Source of the DNA: Laetmonice hystrix
Taxonomy: Eukaryota
Assembly (NCBI GenBank): GCA_965235115.1
Contig: OZ249436.1
Coordinates: 14,758,001 to 14,818,000 of the forward strand
DNA: 60,000 nucleotides
Direction: 5' to 3'
Shown here: positions 1-8,640 of the stretch, piece after piece
How positions within the stretch are numbered: the first letter of the stretch is position 1
Layout of the letters: each line of letters starts with the position of its first letter
Made by a program: the position numbers and the translations under genes
Notes under the pieces: model-generated
Database searches by the model: none
What the model saw: only the letters and a program-made list of their open reading frames with translations
What the model was told of the DNA's origin: nothing

Positions 1-2171
1 AACAATCTACACCTGACCGTACGTGGCTGCCTCATTAAGGCTCGGGGCTCCTTTCACTTCACAATGGCCTCTTCTCTCTCTCCTCACCAGTTGTAACATT
101 AATACAACTGTTTTGGGTTGCCAGTGCCAACATTGACAGGCTGTGATGAGAATATGCCATGCCTCCAGCACAGATCCATTTACTCCCACAGCAAAGCCCA
201 ATTCGCTTTTGTGGCGACTCTGAAAACAAGGTCCAATTTCACCCTACATTTAAGGCAAATTCGGTGGGCATACACGGACTCGTCTTTAAACAGCAATGAA
301 TATGGAACTTCCATGTTTTAATATTCAATGGGAATCATAAAATTGTCTTCGGTATTGCCAGCTCTGTTTTATGCTTTCATGACACGTCTATTCTTTTGAG
401 CTTCTATTTAAGCAGAATAGAAGACAACTCCTACCCCCTTTATCAATATTGGTGATAATGGTGTCAATCTTGCGTACCCCCTGCACACCTAACATAGACT
501 TCTACAATACTGTACGATAATTGCCAAAAAGTGGACCTTTGAAAGCAATGGTGATTTGACTAACGTCAAACTTATTGAGTAACTTTGTTCTGCACAAGTG
601 TTAAATTGCACTGTCTGGTTGTTCTTGTTCTATCTGAACTACTGTATTGGCATTCCAAACCCGAACGCCTTCAGCCATTTCAAAGGCTGCACCACGTCAG
701 CCGTCTGCACCAAACTGATTGGTATTCCGCTGAGAGGGATTTAGGTTTCCACGAGCAGGAGACTGCCCAGGTGAGTCAGTGATCAAAGGTGAGTAATGGC
801 GGACCGTCAGATCGAACAGGCCTCTAAATGTTGTCCTTCCAGTCAGTGGTCGGGAGTGCTGTGTTGAATAATGGCTGGTAATTTCCTCGCGCTGAGCACC
901 TTGATGTATGCTCGCTTCCTTATGTGACATCAATCTTGGATAGTTATGGCGGCACCATCCATCTGTTGTTCATCTATTTCCCGCCACCCCAGCCCCACTG
1001 CAAGCTCCCGCCGCGGGATCCTCCCAACACAACCCCCGCCATCAATGTGTCACTTTCTGATCGCATTCTGCCACCGACTGAAGAAGGCCGCCAGTGTCAA
1101 TGGCCGCCTTCCGTTTTGGGTAGCCACAATTACCTCGTGCTCGGATTGGTGTCAGAGTTTATTCCTACCGGCATCCCGTATATATAAGTGTCACGACGCC
1201 CGGACCTGCTCACAACCGGCCCCGACGTCAAGGACCCGACCCTCCTGGGTGGCGGGCGGCGGCTAGGGTGGCTACATGTCTATTGTCATTGGTCACAACA
1301 ACAAGCCATGACAGCTATGGCCTCCGATTCTTCCGCAGGCCATAAACAATTCATGGACACCAGCGAGCACGCTGACAGGTGATAAAGGGACCCGGAATCA
1401 AATAATTGCGATAACACTTACATTTTACATTATCTGATACTACCATATATGGGCTAGGTCATGGCCACGCCCTTGCCGAGATTGACAAGGACGTGGTGGG
1501 ATTAATGATCAAAGCCACGGTAGATGGCAAGGCCATGGAGTACACCCCCTTCATCTTCATCTCAGGGTTGAAAATAAAATGTCACATTTAGACAGTCCGG
1601 ACGAAGTGAGGGCAATAACGTATAATAAATTTGAAGAAAAAAAACCAACTAAATTTGATACAGTAAAGCTGAAACCAACGAGCTCAAACCAAGATCACTG
1701 TAAATGCCTACTTTTTATGGCAGGTTGTTTGAACAGAATGCTAAAATTGCACTGGTGAGATTTGATCAATAACCCCTGTGTTAGTTGATAAACCTTAATT
1801 TCTGCCTGAAGGAGAGGCAGCCATGAGATTTCCGGGAAGGACCCACCAGATGGACAACCCGAAAACGTTTCCCCCCACCCCAGCACCTATTACTTCTTGA
1901 CAAGTCTCAAACTCGCCACATTACCCAGAGGAGTGTTTCATTCACGCAAGCTGCCACAGACCGCGTTTGAACTTACCACTTCAAGCAGCAAAGTTGGTTC
2001 AATAAAGGTAGCAGCCCGTAGATCCCGACGAGCTGTGGCGAGCCCTCAGCTCCCCAATGGTTACTCAATCAACACCGAGGCCAGCCTCATTTAACACCTA
2101 ACGTCCCAGGCCTAACATTAACCAAAATTGGTATTCTCAAGTTTTCATTCCATCGATACAGATCTCCATAT

Positions 2172-2736
2172 TGTTACGTTTGCTGGGTGAGTCAACACAG
2201 TAGCGCAAGTCGTCAATCAGCTTGTTGTAGTTTTATTCCCGGAGACGGAGTAATGGCGGTAACACACGTTACAGGTGATAAATCAGGCTCCGTAGTCGTA
2301 CAGGATTAATGCAATAACAGTAGATAAAGAACATAGTCGGCGGACATGACCCCACATGGCTCAGGTACAAGTTAATCACAACTCGCCTGGCCGAACCCTG
2401 ACTGAATCCTCGTCAACGTCTCTTGTGCTCCTTTTATACCTGATGCTCGTTGCCAGGTAGACATTCTACGTGACGTCAGGGCATGCGGCCGCCAGATAAC
2501 GGTCGGGGGGACTCGGGGGACTCGGGGGGACCGCCGGGGGACTCGGGGGACCGCCGGGGGGACTCAAGGGGACCGCCGGGGGAACTCAGGGGGACCGCCG
2601 GGGGGACTCAGGGGGACCGCCGGGGGAACTCAGGGGACTCGGAGACCACAGGGGATCTGAGGGGACCACCTGGGGGACTCAGGGGGACCCTTGTAGTACA
2701 GGGAACCAACAAATGCAATAGTAAATCTACATAACA
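2172..2736 (-). repeat. 3' LTR
   Basis: TG...CA termini; same sequence as 6429-6993 by eye (offset 4257); minus-strand TATAAAAG (2431-2438), AATAAA (2232-2237) and TGACGTCA (2471-2478). Confidence 0.95.
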
Positions 2737-2750
2737 CTGCCCTCCTACTA
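2737..2750 (-). other. Polypurine tract (PPT)
   Basis: Minus strand TAGTAGGAGGGCAG directly abuts the 3' LTR. Confidence 0.8.
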
Positions 2751-2955
2751 GAGTGGAGCTCCGCCGACACTATAACTAATTAAAAATCCTAGAGTAGGTA
2801 AATCCATGGACACTCAAATAGGTTTAAAATAACCATCACAATTGTCATTGTCTGATGGTCAGCTTGCAGTCAAGTTAAATCTGGTAACTACTTGTACTTG
2901 TAGTCAGTTAAGTTAAGTTGAAACACGAAGAATCACTATGTCTATGAAGATCATA

Positions 2956-3678
2956 TCACAGCTCTAGCACTGTTCGATGTTCTGGTGGCCGTCCTCTTCT
3001 TTGACAAAGATCACATTGACTGATCCATGTATGGTTGCTCATGCCGTGCCAGTAAAACGCGACATTATGAACTAGATGCAAAATTTCTGACCTCAGGGCT
3101 GCCGGCACGACCAATTGCCGCGTAACCAGCCCACCTAGAGTTTTTACCTGACGGTATAATACATCCTCAATTATCACCAGCTGATCCCATAACTGCCAGA
3201 GCGCTCGGGTCGCTGGACTTTCAGGGGTGACATTTCTCTTCTCTGGCCGCTGGCTTGACTCCTCCCGCCATTGCAGGATTTTCTTTATGTCTGGGTTAGA
3301 CAACTGGAGTTCTCGTAGCTCTTTGGCGGAGTGTAATCCTCGGATAATTTCTTGTCCTTGCTCAGCTGGTCCCTGACCGGGTGGTCCCTGACCACCACGA
3401 GCTGTACGTCTCTGACGAGCTGGTCCCTGACCGGGTGGTCCCTGACCACCACTAGCTGGTCCCTGACAAGCTGGTCCTTGACCGGGTGGTCCCTGACCAC
3501 CACGAGCTGTACGTCCCTGACGAGCTGGTCCCTGACCGGGCGGTCCCTGACCACCACTAGCTGGTCCCTGACAAGCTGGGCCCTGACTGGGTGGTCCCTG
3601 ACCACCACTCCACCGCCGGGTTACCACTCTTCTCACCTGGCTTCGGCCAATCCATCCTTTTCGAAAGGCACTACGTAT
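2956..3678 (-). pseudogene. pol remnant: Gly/Gln/Pro repeat linker plus truncated integrase zinc-binding domain
   Basis: ELRELQ..DIKKILQW...RQLVVPAALRSEILHLVHN..FYWHGM...CDLCQRR matches the Gypsy pre-integrase/H2C2 region; the GHLG..KT segment and the DDE core are missing. Confidence 0.85.
3364..3606 (-). repeat. Coding tandem repeat: ~15-nt subunits in a 105-nt higher-order unit (~2.3 copies)
   Basis: Encodes (GGQGPPxQGPACQGPASGGQGPPGQGPARQxRTAR)x2 + GGQGPPGQGPA; GGTCCCTGAC recurs on the + strand. Confidence 0.9.
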
Positions 3679-4404
3679 TATTAGGAGTTAGCACACGCCT
3701 GGCTGCTCCCAGCGTGTGTTATAGGCCCAAAACCGTGAAATTATTAGAGCCATAATTCACGGGTATGACGCGTCATGAATTGACCAATCGGAGAGGGTGC
3801 TCATTCGAATTCATTGTGTTTGCCTGTCCTCGCTTCAAGGTTGTCAATAGGTAGAACTAGCAACTAATGGAGTGTTAATGGCTGAGACTTCGCAGTTGTT
3901 ATAGAATTACGAGAAGAAACCCGTCTGTATAGTTCAGTTGGGTCGTTTCGATTCGATATGCCCACAGCGAACTCTGTTTACATCGTTTAAATGACGCGCC
4001 GAGTCCATTTGCCTAGTAGAGGGGATGGCGCTATTGCTGAATGCATGGCCTTAATGTTCCGTCCAATCAGAAAGCTCCTTTTATATAACGATCGACCAAT
4101 AGTGAAGCGTGGTACAAATCGGCCGGTTCAAAGGTCATTGTGGGAGGCCCCCCGACCTCAGAATGTAAACAAGATGTGGTGGCCACAGTTGCTGAATGAA
4201 ATCGCCGGTAAAAGCTCAACTGGGTGTAGTTTTGGCACTGTTTGAATTGTTTATAGTTATAGGTTGTGTGCTAAAGTAAATAAAGCACTGCCAGAGCCAG
4301 TCTCGACGTTGTTCTGGCGATATAATGCACTCGCCTTCGGCTCGTGCATTATTTCGCCATAACAACGTCTCGACTGGCTCTGACAGTGCTTTATCCACTA
4401 AATA
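3679..4404. mobile_element. Non-coding hairpin-ended DNA element nested in the retrotransposon (Crypton-like non-autonomous element)
   Basis: TATT...AATA ends flanked by AT/AT; ~50-bp-stem palindrome at 4280-4394 with a TCGCCTTCGGCTC centre; short hairpin at 3689-3721; removal rejoins the pol frame (..GPASC|IRSAFRKG..). Confidence 0.7.
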
Positions 4405-5106
4405 ATACATGAGGCAGGTCCACATCCTATACACTGCAGCACTACTTGTTGTTCGGAGATAACACATGAGGAAAGTCCACAGCCTATACGCTGCACTGGT
4501 GTCCCTTTGCTGCACCCGGTTCCCAGATACTGTATCTCCAAGGTGTGTATCAGCTTCCACTACCACTTCATGGCCAGCAGGTATCATCCTGTCCTCATGG
4601 ACTGTCACTCTGGTTACTAGATTTGTTGAATCACTCCTCCCACATGGTATCCACTCACCATTTATCATCAGGGCACTATTCCCCACATCGATATGAGACA
4701 CATGTTTTTCAATAAAATCTTCTCCAAGTAATCCTAGGTCTGTAATTTCAGCGACATACGCAATGTGTTCGAGGGGCATCTGACCGATGACAAATGAAAT
4801 GTCTATTCTTCCATATGTCTTAATTTTCCCTCCATTAGCACTCTCCAGTCTACAGTCTGAACAATTGGTCTGCAGGCTAGGTCGAATTTCTTGTGGGATA
4901 CTGTCAAACAGGCGCTTTGACAGCACAGTCACTGAAGATCCACTGTCAATTAAAAGTTTGAATACTCCATTTGTTCCTGGTAATTTTACAGGCAGGAATT
5001 TGGACACGCCCCCTGGAGTAGAACTTCTTTTTATGTGAATTACTGCAGGTCGCTGTCCATGTCGGTTCCCATTCCGACCTCCAAATGAGACCCTCTGTCG
5101 TTTCCC
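4216..5106 (-). CDS. Retropepsin-type aspartic protease, in the -1 frame relative to gag; C-terminal part runs through a deletion junction into the nested element
   Basis: FKLLIDSGSSVTVL catalytic motif, LESANGGKIKTYG flap region and GLLGEDFI motif. Confidence 0.88.
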   Translation of the reverse strand, partial: GKRQRVSFGGRNGNRHGQRPAVIHIKRSSTPGGVSKFLPVKLPGTNGVFKLLIDSGSSVTVLSKRLFDSIPQEIRPSLQTNCSDCRLESANGGKIKTYGRIDISFVIGQMPLEHIAYVAEITDLGLLGEDFIEKHVSHIDVGNSALMINGEWIPCGRSDSTNLVTRVTVHEDRMIPAGHEVVVEADTHLGDTVSGNRVQQRDTSAAYRLWTFLMCYLRTTSSAAVYRMWTCLMYYLVDKALSEPVETLLWRNNARAEGECIISPEQRRDWLWQCFIYFSTQPITINNSNSAKTTPS

Positions 5107-6404
5107 TGTACACGACACTCCCTGGCGTAATGCCCAAATTGATGACATCTGTAACACTCTACCTGGCTCTTGTCTTTCGTCTGTCTCGTGTATTGCTTCT
5201 TCTCGTTAGGAACTCTTCCACATGTATCTGCTCTATTCTTTTTATCCGTGAGCAATTCCTTCAGTGTGCTTGATAACGTTGAAAATCCCTCTTGAATTTC
5301 CCTTTTCAGAACATCCACCTGGCTTTTCTCTGAACTGTCTTTACTTTCTTCTACCTGAAGTGCTCTCACGGGGCGTTTCACCCTCCCCATGAACTTGCAG
5401 TTTTGATAATCCACAAATAGCTGCTCCGCCTCTGCTAGGCATTTTGGTTTAGCCCACCTGACTGTGAATTTCGCGTCATCATCCTCGATTGCAGATAGGA
5501 AATATCTCAGTGACAGTTTATCTTGTGCGTTTACATCCACCATGGGATAGGCTTTACTCACAAAATGTTTTAACATGGCAGTGAAACCAGTGGCATTGTC
5601 TCTCTCCCTTAATTTCAAATTTTCCAGCTTGTTAATGTAGTCATCCTCAGTGCATCTTGGCTGGAACCTCTTGTTAATCGCCTCCCTCAACATGAAATAA
5701 TCACTGCGTTCATGTTGTGACAAAGAGGTGAACACAAATTCGTGGGCATCACCTCTAAGGGAAGTTAACATCCTGTGAACCATCTCCTCCTGAGACCACT
5801 GATACGCCCTGCTCATGTTTTCGAATGAACACACAAAGGCCGACCATTTGGTATTCCCATCGTACGTCATGGGGCTCGGGATCGGCATTTCACAGCGTGG
5901 AACAAAAGATGAAGACCTGTAACTGTCAGTGTTAGCGGTTAATCCTCGCTGGATAACGTCAGTATATCCCTGGTGGCTATGGCTAGCACTAACGTTGCTG
6001 TGCGGTATTGCCGGTGGCGCCATCTGATGGGTTGACGCCGTAACCGGGTGGTGGGGGAAATAGCAGTCTGTCGCCGAATTTCCACGCTCCAGGGCCGAAA
6101 AGGGTCGCTCCGATCTTCTATCCACTCGCTCGTCTCTGCTCTTATTTACCACAAAGTCACTAGTATTAGTAGTAGGGATGGATGAAATCGCACTGGAGAT
6201 AGGCTGACCGTTCAGACATACCGTTGGCATTGTGGTCAAACAAGCAGTTTGGTTGGCTGTCACAGTTGTCGGATGAGGGCGACACACAGACACCACAGTG
6301 TCAACAACGGACGATGGAGACGCATCGCCGCATTCCAGTTCTCTATTTCCAGGAAGATTGCTTGCAAATAAATCCATATTTCTGGTTTGACTCCTTGTGA
6401 GCAT
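5040..6404 (-). CDS. Gag protein of the Gypsy-type element
   Basis: Open frame from the ATG just after the PBS (MLTRSQ..); capsid-like YDGNTKWSAF..FE..W..LLTSLRGDA-type segment; CYRCHQFGHYAREC CCHC zinc knuckle. Confidence 0.92.
   Translation of the reverse strand: MLTRSQTRNMDLFASNLPGNRELECGDASPSSVVDTVVSVCRPHPTTVTANQTACLTTMPTVCLNGQPISSAISSIPTTNTSDFVVNKSRDERVDRRSERPFSALERGNSATDCYFPHHPVTASTHQMAPPAIPHSNVSASHSHQGYTDVIQRGLTANTDSYRSSSFVPRCEMPIPSPMTYDGNTKWSAFVCSFENMSRAYQWSQEEMVHRMLTSLRGDAHEFVFTSLSQHERSDYFMLREAINKRFQPRCTEDDYINKLENLKLRERDNATGFTAMLKHFVSKAYPMVDVNAQDKLSLRYFLSAIEDDDAKFTVRWAKPKCLAEAEQLFVDYQNCKFMGRVKRPVRALQVEESKDSSEKSQVDVLKREIQEGFSTLSSTLKELLTDKKNRADTCGRVPNEKKQYTRQTKDKSQVECYRCHQFGHYARECRVQGNDRGSHLEVGMGTDMDSDLQ
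5100..5106 (-). promoter_or_regulatory. -1 ribosomal frameshift slippery heptamer G GGA AAC
   Basis: X XXY YYZ in gag phase (CAG GGA AAC); protease ORF is in the -1 frame; pseudoknot-capable sequence 7 nt downstream. Confidence 0.8.
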
Positions 6405-6412
6405 CCTTTTTA

Positions 6413-6425
6413 ACTTCTGACACCA
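6413..6425 (-). other. Primer binding site complementary to a tRNA-Leu(CAA)-type 3' end
   Basis: TGGTGTCAGAAGT 3 nt inside the 5' LTR; complementary to ...ACUUCUGACACCA of metazoan tRNA-Leu. Confidence 0.8.
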
Positions 6426-6428
6426 ATT

Positions 6429-6993
6429 TGTTACGTTTGCTGGGTGAGTCAACACAGTAGCGCAAGTCGTCAATCAGCTTGTTGTAGTTTTATTCCCGGA
6501 GACGGAGTAATGGCGGTAACACACGTTACAGGTGATAAATCAGGCTCCGTAGTCGTACAGGATTAATGCAATAACAGTAGATAAAGAACATAGTCGGCGG
6601 ACATGACCCCACATGGCTCAGGTACAAGTTAATCACAACTCGCCTGGCCGAACCCTGACTGAATCCTCGTCAACGTCTCTTGTGCTCCTTTTATACCTGA
6701 TGCTCGTTGCCAGGTAGACATTCTACGTGACGTCAGGGCATGCGGCCGCCAGATAACGGTCGGGGGGACTCGGGGGACTCGGGGGGACCGCCGGGGGACT
6801 CGGGGGACCGCCGGGGGGACTCAAGGGGACCGCCGGGGGAACTCAGGGGGACCGCCGGGGGGACTCAGGGGGACCGCCGGGGGAACTCAGGGGACTCGGA
6901 GACCACAGGGGATCTGAGGGGACCACCTGGGGGACTCAGGGGGACCCTTGTAGTACAGGGAACCAACAAATGCAATAGTAAATCTACATAACA
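6429..6993 (-). repeat. 5' LTR
   Basis: Copy of 2172-2736; followed on the minus strand by PBS and gag. Confidence 0.95.
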
Positions 6994-8609
6994 ATATAAA
7001 CAACTTTCAATCTCCATATAAATAGAAAACCTGCAACTCTTTCAAGATTAGTGGCCTACATTTTCCAATTTAGGTGATCGCAGACTGCGGAACTGGGTGT
7101 AAGCTGGATAAAAAGGTTTTCTCTAAACGCAATCACCTATTTCCTTCTGAAAAGGCACCTTTTTGTCGATAGCACCCTCTAATGGGTGAAATTAAAATCA
7201 CAATTGTGATTAAAGTTATACGACCCACCTGGTTTCATCTTTAATTTAGAGATAAGTTTCCTGGTAGACAGCTTAATTCGGCCAATACACACACGCGCAC
7301 ATACACACAATCTAAACTAGATTCTTCCTGAAAACTGTTGACGTGGCAGCCGTAATTCAAATATGTAGGGCAAAGAGTTTCAATACAGTTGCTCAAATGT
7401 TCATCAATGTTGTGCACAGCTGGCATACCAGCTTTGGGAGAGGACAGTTTGCAGTTAGAGGGCAAACACACTGCCGTTCCAGCTGCTTCGGCCCGCTTTG
7501 CTCCCTCAATAGTGGTTGTTGATCAATAACACAAAATTGGTACAGACCGACAGAAGTTATATCAAATATCTCGGTGATCTACCTAAACTCAACCTCTTGA
7601 TGGAACGGAGTTTAGTACACACTGCGATGACATTCAAAATTTCCATGGCGTCAGTTTCAATCAGAGATATACAGTATGGATTTATTTTATACCTTATCAC
7701 CAGACTGAATGCATAACGTGCACCATCGGTATTTTAAACTTCAATATCGCCACTATTTGTACTTCATATCGCTCAGCACAGCGCGTTTCATTAAATAAGC
7801 CAAATAAACACAATGTCATGCACATGTACAGGTGCTCTCAACAACAAAGGCCTTCATTGTTTCATCGCAAATCATCTTTCCTTCCTTAACACTGGCCTGT
7901 GGCTGTCTCCTTGTGGGGCCAAGGAAACCAGAGTTGTCACTGCGGATCAGCAGGTTGCATGTATCAGGTAAGCAACAGGAGCTTGTTCCCCAAGGCCAGC
8001 AGAAACGAGTAGAATGTCAAGCATCAAAGACGCTGCTCTGTCTGCCTCTTATCATGAGAGAAGGCCATCGCCGCTGAGAGGTCATTAAGGCTAGACTTAA
8101 ACTTGAGCAAATTTTTGTTGAGCGTGAACAGCCTGCTGGCAGAGTATTATTCCCAAGACTTCTGAGGTTCAAAACAATCCAATATGTTTTTGAAGGAATG
8201 ACTCCTGGGACCTGGACCAGTAGGCATTTGTACTTCAAACGCAGCTACTTAATGTACTATAGGAACAGCTACCTGGTCACGTTTCATGTTACCTGTTTCT
8301 GTAACAGAAGACATTGGTACTCTCAGAACTACCTCAATGCTAAGCAATCCACTTGTACGACATAAAGCTTTTGATCCTCATTGATACACGTGTGCAGACT
8401 CATAGTCATAACGTAGGGTACGTGCATACCGTGAGTTATAAAGTTATTTCCAAGAGTTTTTTAAAACATTTGTCACAAGTAAAATAGGCCCCCTACATCT
8501 ATAGACTTTCTGGCATCTGATATGTATCCACTGAATTACCATAGTGCAGTTGAAGTAGGTTCGTACGGCACTTTTTAATGGTACTGTGTAATTACACTAG
8601 CAGGGAATA

Positions 8610-8640
8610 AGGGTGGGTGGGTGTTTGGGGTTTTACGCCT
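8610..8640 (-). mobile_element. Extremely 5'-truncated SINE/LINE 3' tail insertion
   Basis: 31 bp matching the tail of the 23467-23626 element (AGGCGTAAAACCCCAAA.ACCCACCCACC), flanked by the 12-bp direct repeat TAGCAGGGAATA (8598-8609, 8641-8652). Confidence 0.8.

Larger units (their letters stand above)
2172..6993 (-). mobile_element. Ty3/Gypsy-type LTR retrotransposon, internally deleted (gag + protease; no RT/RNase H/integrase core)
   Basis: Two 565-bp direct repeats with TGTTA...TAACA ends (2172-2736, 6429-6993); ATAT on both flanks (2168-2171, 6994-6997); PBS and PPT adjacent to the LTRs; gag with CCHC knuckle, DSG protease and integrase Zn-domain remnant. Confidence 0.95.

Noticed and set aside
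560..960. Minus-strand translation faintly resembling the C-terminus of an RTE-type LINE ORF
   Set aside because: Similarity is impressionistic, broken by stops and lacks a diagnostic motif; needs BLASTX.
2483..2734. 83-aa Gly-rich ORF (duplicated at 6740-6991)
   Set aside because: Artefact of the G-rich LTR array on the antisense strand.
3285..3684. Alternative-frame repetitive ORFs (VRDQL.. and SWSLT..) and a collagen interpretation
   Set aside because: Shadows of the 15-nt repeat; the true frame has period 5, not Gly-X-Y.
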